From a virus, in the IMG/VR virus record IMGVR_UViG_3300031578_000001: 64,000 bases of DNA, one strand, 5' to 3'. Every line of letters begins with the position of its first letter. Within the stretch, counting starts at the first letter, position 1. The translations under genes and the position numbers were made by a program. Under the pieces are notes generated by a model that had not been told where the DNA came from, searched no databases, and was given only the letters and a program-made list of their open reading frames with translations. Below are positions 36,625-45,981 of the stretch, in pieces.

Positions 36625-36969
36625 ATGCCAAAGCAAGAACTTCACGGAAGGGACCCTGTCGCTTTCAAGAGCAGCACGATCGCGGCCCCCGATGTCACTT
36701 TCTCGTCCTTGACCGCGACCTACTTCAAGCTGAAGAACTACGACAAGATCCAGGACGTGATCTACTGCATCGGGGCTGTAGGGACGTTTCCATCCAAGTG
36801 GGAGAAACTCTTCGCCGGAGAAGAGATCGTGGTGCCCTCGTTGGGAGCCGCGGTGGTGAGTTTCAGGAAGATGGTGTTCTTCCGGAACATAGCCAGGAAC
36901 GACGACGATTCGACCAGGACGAACGACGTGAGTGTGACCGTCGGACTCGAGGAGCGCGAAGTTCCGTAG
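36625..36969 (+). CDS. hypothetical virion protein (114 aa)
   Basis: RBS AGGAAGG; beta-rich. Confidence 0.6.
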   Translation: MPKQELHGRDPVAFKSSTIAAPDVTFSSLTATYFKLKNYDKIQDVIYCIGAVGTFPSKWEKLFAGEEIVVPSLGAAVVSFRKMVFFRNIARNDDDSTRTNDVSVTVGLEEREVP

Positions 36970-37133
36970 TGTCCTTCTCAGGCGGCGTTAAAAGTTCCTC
37001 TTAAAGGTCGCGCCGTACCTGAAGAAGTGACCCGGTAGCGTCGAAGTCCGATGGTGCATCTGCGAGCACGAGCGCAGTCGCCCAGGCCGGTGGTGAGTGA
37101 GCGGTCGTCCATCTCTCGTGCGCGGGCCGAACC

Positions 37134-38009
37134 ATGCAGATCACTGCAATAGAGTTCGATGAACTGAGGGTGTATCAGGCATCTCCGGAGGCCCGGGTCG
37201 TCTGGTGGTCCTTCCGTCTGACCAATCGTGATCTCAGCGGGATTCCGGTGGACATCCATCGGTCGTTCTCCCCTGATCAGGAATTCGAAAAGGTCGGTAC
37301 GGTATTGTGGCCTCAGACCTACTTCGTCGATAGCGAAGTGAACCTTGGTGACTTCTGGAGAAACGCCTACTACTCCCTCTCCGCCATGGTGGACGGACAC
37401 ACGATCGAGACCAGCAGGGAGGGTCTTTACGGCAGTCCCCCTCCGATGGTGCAGGAAATGGTAAAACAGTTCGACATCAGCCTTCAGTTCGGTGGCGATC
37501 CTGTTTTCATTTATCTGCGGCGGAGCAGGATCCGGTGTCCGGATTGCTGGGACGCCGTAAGCAAGAAGGTCACTCGAAGCAAGTGTCCGACGTGTTTCGC
37601 CACCGGATACCTGGGCGGGTTCTATTCCCCTATTCTCACTTGCGTAAAGATCAGTTCTGAGATGAAGAGCAACCAACCTGACGCTACGCTCAGAGAAGGA
37701 GCACAGACTGTTTTCAAGGCGTCGAGATTCCCAGAGGTGCGTCCCAGGGACGTAATCCGTGAGGTGAACTCCGGGAAGTTGTGGCGAATCGTGAATATCA
37801 CTCCAGTGAGAATGAACGGATATATGATCCATCAGAGTCTCGTGATGACCCGTCTCGAGACGAGCGAGATCGAGAACGATTTACCTATCCCGGAGAGTCT
37901 CGAGTACGTAATCGCACCCCACTGGTCCGACAGGATCAGGAATCACGAAGATAAAGTGGCAAGGAATGATCCTGAGAAACCAGTCACAGAAGCGAGGTTG
38001 TGGAGATGA
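37134..38009 (+). CDS. putative neck/head-closure protein with N-terminal Ig/FN3-like domain and CxxC Zn finger (291 aa)
   Basis: CPDCWD..CPTCFATGYLGGF; C-terminal ..PRDVIRE..WRI beta-barrel typical of gp14/head-closure proteins. Confidence 0.55.
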   Translation: MQITAIEFDELRVYQASPEARVVWWSFRLTNRDLSGIPVDIHRSFSPDQEFEKVGTVLWPQTYFVDSEVNLGDFWRNAYYSLSAMVDGHTIETSREGLYGSPPPMVQEMVKQFDISLQFGGDPVFIYLRRSRIRCPDCWDAVSKKVTRSKCPTCFATGYLGGFYSPILTCVKISSEMKSNQPDATLREGAQTVFKASRFPEVRPRDVIREVNSGKLWRIVNITPVRMNGYMIHQSLVMTRLETSEIENDLPIPESLEYVIAPHWSDRIRNHEDKVARNDPEKPVTEARLWR

Positions 38010-38311
38010 GCGAGAATATGCCCCTGGCATGGCCCCTGAAGAAAGGCGTCGAAGAGACGATCAATAAGCAGATCGACAAGGGCGCCAAGGACTCCGAAGG
38101 GACGGACGACCCGAGATCCCAGGTTTCCGGGAACCCGGACAATGTCCCGGAGCGGGAGCCCACGGTAACCAAGATGTCTTCGGCCGAGTTCTATATCGAC
38201 GTTCAGGAGTCGGTGAGTCGGATCCTTGAGAAGAGGGCCATATGCGGGAAGGATCACGACAAGAAGAAGAGGAAGATGAAGATCCCTCCCCAGTTCCTGT
38301 CGAATAGATAG
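38006..38311 (+). CDS. hypothetical protein (101 aa)
   Basis: ATGA coupling; LEKRAI motif. Confidence 0.55.
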   Translation: MSENMPLAWPLKKGVEETINKQIDKGAKDSEGTDDPRSQVSGNPDNVPEREPTVTKMSSAEFYIDVQESVSRILEKRAICGKDHDKKKRKMKIPPQFLSNR

Positions 38312-38749
38312 ATGCCGCTTGCCATTCTCAGATTCACGGACCCTCCAGGAAAGGAGGAGATGCAGCGTGTCGCGGTGGATGTGACGCAGGGTATTCGTGA
38401 GTATCTGGCCGGAAATCTGAAGCATCGAAGCGGCCGACTGGAGGAGAGCATCAGGTCCGTGGCGTACGGAAGAGAGATTGTCGTAGAGTCCGATCTTCCC
38501 TATGCCGAGTCCCTTGACCGGGGATCAAAGTCGTCTAATGTCATGTGGCATTTGATAAACCGGGTCGTACCGCTAAAATTAAGAGATGGAAGAACCATAT
38601 TCCGAGCCATGACCATGGAAAGTGTCCGGCGAGGAAAATGGAGGACAAGACCGAGAATGGGAGTAGACTTCACAGGTAGAGGAATCGAGATCGCGAGGAG
38701 CAAGACTTCGTTGCGGTCCTTTCAAAATTTCATAGTGGTGAAACCCTGA
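38312..38749 (+). CDS. HK97 gp10-like neck/tail completion protein (145 aa)
   Basis: SGRLEESIRS..VVESDLPYAESLDRGSK resembles the gp10-family TG.L..SI..YA..vE.Gt pattern. Confidence 0.55.
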   Translation: MPLAILRFTDPPGKEEMQRVAVDVTQGIREYLAGNLKHRSGRLEESIRSVAYGREIVVESDLPYAESLDRGSKSSNVMWHLINRVVPLKLRDGRTIFRAMTMESVRRGKWRTRPRMGVDFTGRGIEIARSKTSLRSFQNFIVVKP

Positions 38750-38764
38750 GCTGGAGGAAGAACA

Positions 38765-39079
38765 ATGATTACGGAACCTCTGCAAGGTGCCGACTTGGAA
38801 TTCGCGGATTCTCTGGCGAGCATCATGGGAACTTCCGATCTGCGGAAAGTCGCTTCGGCTCCGGCCGGGACGCCAGCGGAAGGAACCAAGGCACCGGAGA
38901 GCGGCATGGTGAAGGAGGCCTCGGGAGACATGTGGGACGACATGTTCGGCATGTCCCTCCAGGATCTCATGAAGAACGCTGACTTCCGCCGCGGAGTCGA
39001 GGAAGGCCTCGAGGAGAGGCGAAGCGATTGGGAGCCCCTGCTCGTGAACTACTGGGGCTGCCTGACCGGGCAGCTGTAG
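38765..39079 (+). CDS. hypothetical protein with K-x-A motifs (104 aa)
   Basis: RBS GGAGG; RKVAS and KEAS. Confidence 0.65.
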   Translation: MITEPLQGADLEFADSLASIMGTSDLRKVASAPAGTPAEGTKAPESGMVKEASGDMWDDMFGMSLQDLMKNADFRRGVEEGLEERRSDWEPLLVNYWGCLTGQL

Positions 39080-39080
39080 G

Positions 39081-39743
39081 ATGTCGTCGACGCCAAGTTA
39101 TGGAGATAAGGTCTCGAGGATTGGCGATTTCATTCGCTATCCGAAACGCGTACTGATCGAGGCCCTCCAGATCGGATTCAGAGAAGAGTACCTGTTCACT
39201 GATACTGAGGGTGAGAGGGTCGAGAACCCGTTCATCTACAAGACCGACGAGAACGGTGAGACGACCAAGGACAGCAGGATCGAGATCGCTGATACATGGA
39301 CAGAAGAACTCAAAGAGACGGATCCGAGACCGATCATCACGGTCAGACGGTCCGTTCTCTCGTTCAACAGGAATGCGATCGGCGGTCTTGGTTCGATAGA
39401 TCTTCCAGGCGGGAAGTGGAAGAAGTTCACTATCATGATGGACTGTCCTATCATCGCGAACTGCTGGTCGAGGAAGGACCTCGAGTCGGAAGAGATCGCG
39501 ATGGCCGTGGCCTTTTTCTTCAGTCTGTTCCGGGAAACGCATCTGAAAAGGACAAGGCTCCAGTCGCTTTCGGAGCCCTCCATCGGGGACACGACACCTG
39601 TGAAGGTGGACGCGGAGCACGAGCTTTTCGTGACCCCGGTTCAGATCATGACCACTATGACCTTGGCGTGGAAGGTAAACTATACTGCCCTCGCTGACGC
39701 GAAGGGTGTCCAAATAAACACTAACGAGAGCGGGAGATCGTGA
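39081..39743 (+). CDS. putative tail terminator/completion protein (220 aa)
   Basis: Immediately upstream of the sheath; alpha/beta pattern (RPIITVRR..CWSRKDLESEEIA). Confidence 0.5.
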   Translation: MSSTPSYGDKVSRIGDFIRYPKRVLIEALQIGFREEYLFTDTEGERVENPFIYKTDENGETTKDSRIEIADTWTEELKETDPRPIITVRRSVLSFNRNAIGGLGSIDLPGGKWKKFTIMMDCPIIANCWSRKDLESEEIAMAVAFFFSLFRETHLKRTRLQSLSEPSIGDTTPVKVDAEHELFVTPVQIMTTMTLAWKVNYTALADAKGVQINTNESGRS

Positions 39744-42700
39744 TGGCCAGCAGCAACCTTAGAACAGACCTCGAAATCATCCAGGTCTTCGAGCCCGCGT
39801 CCCCCATCGTACAGGACGCCAACAATCCATTGGTTCTGATTGGCGTGAACCGTCAGATCGTCTGGCATGAGAACACTGGCAACTTCATCGGTGGCCAGGA
39901 GAACGATCCCTTCTACTTCCCCGACCTAATCGCGGGATCGAAGGTGGAGCAACCTTCCGCCTCCGAAGAGGAGCTCCGGCCTCACGTCTTCATCTCGGGC
40001 CGCTACGGTGTGTCGGAGGTGACTCCCATCTACAACTTCGGCGTCGATCCTCCGAACATCGAATTATCCCCCACCCTCTCCGCGGTCTTCGAGATCGCGA
40101 GCGGTAACACGGGCGAGTATTCCTCCTCGTCGGGGAAGTTCGTGGACCCGAGCGCCGACTTCATCGAGGCCGAGGTGGCTCCCGGCGACGTGATCAAAGT
40201 CGACGACGTGGATGCCTTCCTCGTGACCAACCTGGTGTCCGATACCGAGATCGATGTCAGTCGGATCGACAAAGCCGATCCGACCTGGTCGGGCGATCTC
40301 TCGGCCGAGGATTCCAACGGAGACCGGATCTTCACGGATCTCGGCTATGACTTCGAGACTGCGGGCGTCATGATCGGCGATCTCATGACCGTCAAGGGCT
40401 GGGACATCCTGGCCACGGGTGATGGCATCGACTTCTCGGCGGAGGTCGTGGGAGTCCGGACCATCACGGCCGGGACCGGTTACGACTTCTCCGGCGCCGG
40501 TGTCCAGCCTCCAGTCACGGGTCCCCCGTATCAGGTGGACATCATCTGGATGCAGGACAACGATAACCCGCCGGACTGGTACCCGGCTCTCAAGGTGAGC
40601 GCGAACGTGACCACGAACACGCTTGACGCCGTGAACCTGATCACCACACCGGCATACCCCGGACCGACAGATGCCGAAGATGACAAGGTCTTCGAGATCT
40701 ACCACTACACCCAGATCGATTTGACGGGTGGGACCGTGTGGACCGATGCCAACGGCGACTGGACTGCGGACGGGATTCCGATCGCCGGCCAGAGGACTTT
40801 CAGCATCGGCGGCGGGAACCCCAATGGGATCGATTTCTCCACACTGCTCACGCTTTCGCTCTCGCGGTACAACCTGGTGGTCCACGGGATCAACGATGCC
40901 GGGGGAACCACGAACGCAAGGCCGATCTTCAAGATCATCTCCATCACGAACCCGACGACCCTCGTGGTGCAGAACTGGGACCCCGATAGGCCCCAGAACT
41001 CGACCACCGGGACGGGAACGACCTGGGAGATCTGGGACGATGGCGGAGCCGTGATCATGGGATTCCAGGGAGCGTCGATCACGGCCGAGGGTCCGGGCGG
41101 ACTCCTCGCCGCGAACGAGCGTCTGTTCACCAGCACCATCGACATGGAAGTGGCCGGTGTGGCCGTGGGCGACACGGTCTTCAGCGCGGGCGGCATGGCC
41201 ATGTTCGAGGTCACCACGGTCGGCGCCAGCGGAAATCCGGGGTATCCCGGACTCCTGAACCAGTTCGAACTGGGAGTCACCAACTTGGTACCGGGCACCC
41301 CTCCCCCGAGCTGGAACGATGGGAACTTCCCGTTCTACGTGACGGACGTGACCGAGGCGATCATGCGGGTCACGCGGGTTCTCGATGCCAACAATCTCAC
41401 AGTCCGGAACACGATGGCGAGCACGCCTCCGGAGGCTTCGGCGTTCACCGGCCTGCTCTACTCGATCACCGTGGCCGACTCGCTCTCGAGCCTGAACTAC
41501 ACGATCGAGAAGACCGTGTCTGGCGCCAACCTCACGGGCGACGTCCTCGTGACCTACACGGCCCGCAGGAACGACTCCTACACGCAACTATTCACCGTGA
41601 AGGCCGATGACTGGGAGTCTCTCCTGGGACAGGCGGTGCCGGCGAACCCCTTGGCGCTGGCTGCCAAGATCGGCACCCTGAATTCCAACTACCCCCTGTG
41701 GGTCCTCCAGGTCCCCAACGATCTGTCCCAGGACTGGACCGACACCTTGAACTACCTGAAGACGAACAGGTACTACATCCTCTGCCCCCTGACGCAGGAC
41801 GAGACGGTCCTCTCTGCCTATAGGGCGCACGTCCTGGCCCAATCGACCCCGGAGACCAAGAGGGACAGAATCCTCTTCCAGTCCCATCTCTTCGAGAGGA
41901 TCAAGACCAGGACTACCGGGTCCACCTCGACGTTCACCAAGACGGCTACGGTCACCACGATCACGGTCACGGGCGATCTCTCGGCCTACGGAGTCCTCGT
42001 GGGCGACGTGATGAAGGGGACGGCCAACGTCTCTGGAACCGAGTATGCGTTCGAAGCCAGGATTATCACCCTGATCACGGGAGCCTCCTCCATCCTGACG
42101 GTCGTGAACGACAACGGGATCGGCGGGACGCCTCCGGTCAGCGGGACCATCACGGCCTGGACCATTCAGTCCAAGGATCTCACGGACACCCAGTTCGCCA
42201 TGGAGATGGCGGAGTACGCCGAGGGGCTCGGGAACCGCAGATTCCGTAATGTGTTCCCGAGCACCTGCCAGGTGAAGTTCTCCGACCAGACCGACCCGTC
42301 CCTGGCCTCGGGACTTTACGGAGGGGGCGACGTGATCGTCGAGGTTGGTGGCCAGTACCAGGCGGCCATGTTCGCGGCCATGCGGTCCTCGCAGAAGCCA
42401 GCCCAGGCGCTCACCAAGGTCATGGGTACCGGGATCTACAAGGTCTTGAACCCGTTCGGAGACTTCTACGGAGGGGACGAGGACACCAACGACATCGTCC
42501 TGAACGGCGGTAACTGGATCGCGACCCAGGATACCGTGGGCGGCGACGTCTCGTCGGCCAGGGCGGTCACGACCGATACAAGCGATATCCAGAAGCTCGA
42601 GGACTCGGTCACGGTCCAGGTGGACAACTTCGCCAGGATCCTGCGCAAGCAGATCAAACCGTTGCTCGGACCCTTCAACATCGAGGAGACCTACTTCGAC

Positions 42701-42880
42701 ATGGTCAGCGCTAACGTGCAGGCCGTGATCGACAAGATCGTCATCGAGGACAAGGACATGAAGTTCATCGAGTTCCTCGATATCAGGGAGTCCGAAACGA
42801 TCATCGATACCTTCGAGCTTGACTTCAATGCCGATCCGTTCATCTCAGCCGCAAGGGCGAAGGTCACCATCTTCGTCTAA
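39743..42880 (+). CDS. contractile tail sheath protein with large inserted domains (~1045 aa)
   Basis: C-terminal sheath core YYILCPLTQD..AHV..QS..KRDRI, QALT, VTTD..EDSVTVQVD..KPLLGPFNI; followed by the tube gene. Confidence 0.85.
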   Translation: MASSNLRTDLEIIQVFEPASPIVQDANNPLVLIGVNRQIVWHENTGNFIGGQENDPFYFPDLIAGSKVEQPSASEEELRPHVFISGRYGVSEVTPIYNFGVDPPNIELSPTLSAVFEIASGNTGEYSSSSGKFVDPSADFIEAEVAPGDVIKVDDVDAFLVTNLVSDTEIDVSRIDKADPTWSGDLSAEDSNGDRIFTDLGYDFETAGVMIGDLMTVKGWDILATGDGIDFSAEVVGVRTITAGTGYDFSGAGVQPPVTGPPYQVDIIWMQDNDNPPDWYPALKVSANVTTNTLDAVNLITTPAYPGPTDAEDDKVFEIYHYTQIDLTGGTVWTDANGDWTADGIPIAGQRTFSIGGGNPNGIDFSTLLTLSLSRYNLVVHGINDAGGTTNARPIFKIISITNPTTLVVQNWDPDRPQNSTTGTGTTWEIWDDGGAVIMGFQGASITAEGPGGLLAANERLFTSTIDMEVAGVAVGDTVFSAGGMAMFEVTTVGASGNPGYPGLLNQFELGVTNLVPGTPPPSWNDGNFPFYVTDVTEAIMRVTRVLDANNLTVRNTMASTPPEASAFTGLLYSITVADSLSSLNYTIEKTVSGANLTGDVLVTYTARRNDSYTQLFTVKADDWESLLGQAVPANPLALAAKIGTLNSNYPLWVLQVPNDLSQDWTDTLNYLKTNRYYILCPLTQDETVLSAYRAHVLAQSTPETKRDRILFQSHLFERIKTRTTGSTSTFTKTATVTTITVTGDLSAYGVLVGDVMKGTANVSGTEYAFEARIITLITGASSILTVVNDNGIGGTPPVSGTITAWTIQSKDLTDTQFAMEMAEYAEGLGNRRFRNVFPSTCQVKFSDQTDPSLASGLYGGGDVIVEVGGQYQAAMFAAMRSSQKPAQALTKVMGTGIYKVLNPFGDFYGGDEDTNDIVLNGGNWIATQDTVGGDVSSARAVTTDTSDIQKLEDSVTVQVDNFARILRKQIKPLLGPFNIEETYFDMVSANVQAVIDKIVIEDKDMKFIEFLDIRESETIIDTFELDFNADPFISAARAKVTIFV

Positions 42881-42908
42881 ATGTTGCTGACACAAAAAGG
42901 AGCAGGAG

Positions 42909-43649
42909 ATGCCCAGCACGAGTTTCATCAACTGGAAGTTCGCTTCCGAGCATGTCCAGGCGGAACTCCAGAACGGTGAGTACGTCAGCGCCGAGTCGAC
43001 GCTGATCCTCGCCGGTCCTTCCCGTCTGAGGATGATCCAGGACGGAAGCCCGGATCCTCTGGCCGCAAAAAGCCGGCTGTTCCCGGTGGGCCTGCTTCAG
43101 ACGATGCAAGTCGCCCAGAACCGTCAGGTGGCCCGCCTCTTCGAGATCGGGTCGAAGCGATCCTACTTCGTCCCGGGGCGCCTCTTCGCTAACTTCCAGA
43201 TCAACAGGATTCTCTTCTACGGGCCGAGCCTCATGCGTCTGCTCTACGCCCTGGCGCCGCGAAGGGGATTCGGACAGCCTTTCAATTTCGCCCCGGACGG
43301 CACGACGCCCAGGCATCAGGACGATCTCCGGACGCCTCGGTCCTACGAGTCGCTGTTCCCGGCCCCTGGTACGAACTTCCAGCTGGGACCTGGCCACGGT
43401 GGGAAGTCGGCCGACGACAACAGGGACTTCTTCATCAACCTGGCCTCGGAGCTCTTCAACGTGCCCTTCGGCCTATGCCCCCTTCTGAAGGATGCCCGTC
43501 AACGGCCGTACGGATCCTTCTACATGGAGGACTGCATGATCGAGGCGCACTCGATCGGCTTCGACTCGAACAACATCGTGATCGCGGAAGGCGTGAACGG
43601 ACAGTTCGACATGCTCATGCCCGTGCAGGTGTACGACAAAGCAGCCTAA
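42909..43649 (+). CDS. tail tube protein (246 aa)
   Basis: Follows the sheath; PVGLLQTMQVAQNRQVARLFEIGS and YMEDCMIEAHS tube-like strands; RBS AGGAG. Confidence 0.75.
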   Translation: MPSTSFINWKFASEHVQAELQNGEYVSAESTLILAGPSRLRMIQDGSPDPLAAKSRLFPVGLLQTMQVAQNRQVARLFEIGSKRSYFVPGRLFANFQINRILFYGPSLMRLLYALAPRRGFGQPFNFAPDGTTPRHQDDLRTPRSYESLFPAPGTNFQLGPGHGGKSADDNRDFFINLASELFNVPFGLCPLLKDARQRPYGSFYMEDCMIEAHSIGFDSNNIVIAEGVNGQFDMLMPVQVYDKAA

Positions 43650-43670
43650 GCCTTGTGGTTCGTTCCGTGG

Positions 43671-43707
43671 GAGAGCCCGGCGATTAGTCGTCGGGCTCTT
43701 CTTTTTT
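43671..43707 (+). terminator. Rho-independent terminator at the convergence of the two gene blocks
   Basis: GAGAGCCCGGCGA-TTAG-TCGTCGGGCTCTT followed by CTTTTTT. Confidence 0.8.
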
Positions 43708-44505
43708 GAGTGCGGCTGGAGGGATGTGACCTTCTCTGATGAGAACGTAGAGTTTCCTGAGGGCCGCGCTTTCGATCTGTCGTATCCGTTCCCTGGACTT
43801 TCCGTAGTGTTCCGAGATCTCCTTCAAGGTCTCTTCGTCGCACGAGATCCCGTAGCGCCGGCGTATGATATCCTCCTCGAGAGGCTTGAGTCTGTGGAGG
43901 ACACCTGCGATCTTCTCCTTGATTTCCGCATTCGCTGATATGTCTATCGGATCTCCATCGGTTGATGGAATGTCATCGCATATGTTGTGAGCGATCATGG
44001 TTCTCTTCTCGTTGTATTTCTTGAAGATCCTGAGAAGGGATACTGACCACCCAAGGAATTCGTAGACCTCATGTTCGGTCGGAGTTCGTCCCGTGTCCTC
44101 CTCGATAGCTTTCTTGGCAAGTTTGAAATCGTTCTTGAGGTTCGAGACAGAGGCCACTGTTTCCCTACTGAAGAAGTTAAGACCTTTCCTGATTTTAGAG
44201 TTGATCCACCAGACGGCGTACGTGGAGAACTTGAACCCGAGGCTGATGTTGAATTTGTCGATGGCCGTGAACAGGCCTATCGTTCCGTCACTGATGAGGG
44301 ACATGACCCTCGGGTCCTTGGGGCCACAGAACTTCATCACGCACGAGATAACGAGTCTCATATTCCGTTCGATGAACTCGATCCGGGCTTCTTTATTTCC
44401 CTTTTTTATCAACCTCAGAAGTCTCTTCTCCTCCTGAGCCGATAAGGTTCCTTTGTTCTCGAACTTCTTATAGAACTCGTTGAATTCCTGCTGGTCATTA
44501 GCCAT
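43684..44505 (-). CDS. RNA polymerase sigma factor, sigma70 family (273 aa)
   Basis: Region 1.2 LSAQEE..ERNMRLV, region 2 GTIGLFTAIDKF..GFKFSTYAVWWI, region 4.2 TLKEISEHYGKSRERIRQIESAALRKL. Confidence 0.93.
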   Translation of the reverse strand: MANDQQEFNEFYKKFENKGTLSAQEEKRLLRLIKKGNKEARIEFIERNMRLVISCVMKFCGPKDPRVMSLISDGTIGLFTAIDKFNISLGFKFSTYAVWWINSKIRKGLNFFSRETVASVSNLKNDFKLAKKAIEEDTGRTPTEHEVYEFLGWSVSLLRIFKKYNEKRTMIAHNICDDIPSTDGDPIDISANAEIKEKIAGVLHRLKPLEEDIIRRRYGISCDEETLKEISEHYGKSRERIRQIESAALRKLYVLIREGHIPPAALKKEEPDD

Positions 44506-44974
44506 TTCTGATCGTCTGGAAACGGTCGATAAACATGAGGAACCTGTCCATGATGAACGGGGCCTCGAATGCCGTAGTGTAGATGATCAGATCCCAGTGG
44601 TTCCTGAAGATAGGGTTTTCCGAGGCTTCGGCCTCGACGTTGGTGAGACTCATCTCGAGTATTCTCCTGGCCAGATACTCCCCGAGGATCCCCATATTTT
44701 GCTTCGTGATCTTTTTGAAATGGAAGGCGATTTTCGACCAGACGGGAGAGAGTTCCTGGATTCCGTACTCCAACTGGAAGTGAGGATAATCTTTTGTCGT
44801 GAACTGGACCACGACCGGATCGCTGTCGTGACCCATCTCCTTCAGGGCGTCGAGATCGATGCTAACCTCAGGGTTCTTTTCCATGAACTTCTTGAAGGCG
44901 CCCGGCGCGTGCTCGTGCAGGGCGTTCGCGAATTCAGGATCTCCCGGCGTTATTATCTTTCTCTTTTCCGCCAT
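44498..44974 (-). CDS. hypothetical protein (158 aa)
   Basis: Coupled to the sigma gene; natural composition. Confidence 0.65.
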   Translation of the reverse strand: MAEKRKIITPGDPEFANALHEHAPGAFKKFMEKNPEVSIDLDALKEMGHDSDPVVVQFTTKDYPHFQLEYGIQELSPVWSKIAFHFKKITKQNMGILGEYLARRILEMSLTNVEAEASENPIFRNHWDLIIYTTAFEAPFIMDRFLMFIDRFQTIRNG

Positions 44975-45407
44975 CTTCTTCCCCTCTCTTCTTTCTCTTC
45001 ATCTCCTCCTTCACATAGAGCCTCGCCTTATCGAGGACCTCGTTGTAGGAGATCTTTCTTTCCTCGAGCTCGTTCCTGACCTTCAACTCGCCTCGCAGCA
45101 TATCCACCTTGATCGAGAGGTTATCGATGGATCTAAGGAGTGGTTCGAGGTTGGCTCCAAGCAACGCCTGGAGTAGGAGGGCTTTCATGGTCTCGATGGA
45201 TGGGATCTTCACCTGGGACATCGGAGTCTGGGATCTCAATGGTTCCACAGGCTTGCCGCACTCAGGGCAGACGAAAGTCAGTATTCCGTCCGTCTCCACC
45301 TTCGGAGCTTCCCACACGGGTAGATATGCCTTGCATCCATCGCAGTAGAGGATATTTCCGAGAGATCCGAGGTCTACCCCATTAGGAACATTTTCAGGTT
45401 TGAGCAT
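44934..45407 (-). CDS. Zn-ribbon protein with coiled-coil C-terminus (157 aa)
   Basis: YCDGC..VCPECG. Confidence 0.65.
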   Translation of the reverse strand: MLKPENVPNGVDLGSLGNILYCDGCKAYLPVWEAPKVETDGILTFVCPECGKPVEPLRSQTPMSQVKIPSIETMKALLLQALLGANLEPLLRSIDNLSIKVDMLRGELKVRNELEERKISYNEVLDKARLYVKEEMKRKKRGEEDGGKEKDNNAGRS

Positions 45408-45817
45408 GGAACAGTCTCCTCTGCAATACGCATAATCAGGTCTGCCTGCTCTCTAAAAAATTCGCGAGCGAATAGAAATGGGACCCTGGCGAAGAAGGTC
45501 TCCGCCAGGGTTCCGAGAAAGTATTTCCGGTATTCGTTACGAAGCCATGCCCAGTCGAGCGCGTCAGAGGCATCTTTCTTAGAGAGCCTGAACGTGATGA
45601 TTTTCTTGCGCCTTGGATTCGTTTCCGGGAACCAATCACTGTCGAATTTATAGATCGATAGGAACACCCTGAAGAAGTCTTGGAAGGTGCGGTTTGTCTG
45701 GGTCTTGAGGCTCCGGATCTTATTCCTGGTGGGAGAGGAGAGGGATGCTCTGACGATCGTGCCGAAACGAGATTCTGTCAGACGGGCTTCAAGAATCTCT
45801 TTTGGCAGCTCCGGCAT
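45374..45817 (-). CDS. hypothetical basic protein (147 aa)
   Basis: RBS GAGGAG before MPELPKEIL (ATG 45817). Confidence 0.6.
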   Translation of the reverse strand: MPELPKEILEARLTESRFGTIVRASLSSPTRNKIRSLKTQTNRTFQDFFRVFLSIYKFDSDWFPETNPRRKKIITFRLSKKDASDALDWAWLRNEYRKYFLGTLAETFFARVPFLFAREFFREQADLIMRIAEETVPCSNLKMFLMG

Positions 45818-45933
45818 TCGTAGGTCTCCTCGCTGACCTGCGAGCCGTCGTTCTCGACCGTGTCGGCGGTCTTGACCCATTCTACGTCGCAGGATTCGCA
45901 GTTAGGACACTTCACCGCGCCGTGTTTGTCCAT
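45778..45933 (-). CDS. Zn-ribbon micro-protein (51 aa; 55 aa from the alternative ATG at 45945)
   Basis: MDKHGAVKCPNCESCDVEWVKTADTVENDGSQVSEETYECRSCQKRFLKPV; GGAG RBS; below the ORF-track length cutoff. Confidence 0.65.
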   Translation of the reverse strand: MDKHGAVKCPNCESCDVEWVKTADTVENDGSQVSEETYECRSCQKRFLKPV

Positions 45934-45952
45934 TTCCTGCTCCATGGATTAG

Positions 45953-45981
45953 AGAGTAGCGTGGACGGAAGGCCGCGTCAA
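45953..45981 (-). promoter_or_regulatory. candidate promoter of the operon ending in the sigma gene
   Basis: TTGACG-N17-TACTCT on the minus strand. Confidence 0.5.

Noticed and set aside
40064-41587. 507-aa ORF antisense to the tail sheath
   Set aside because: Shadow frame; R/G/V/D/H-rich with no recognisable domain.
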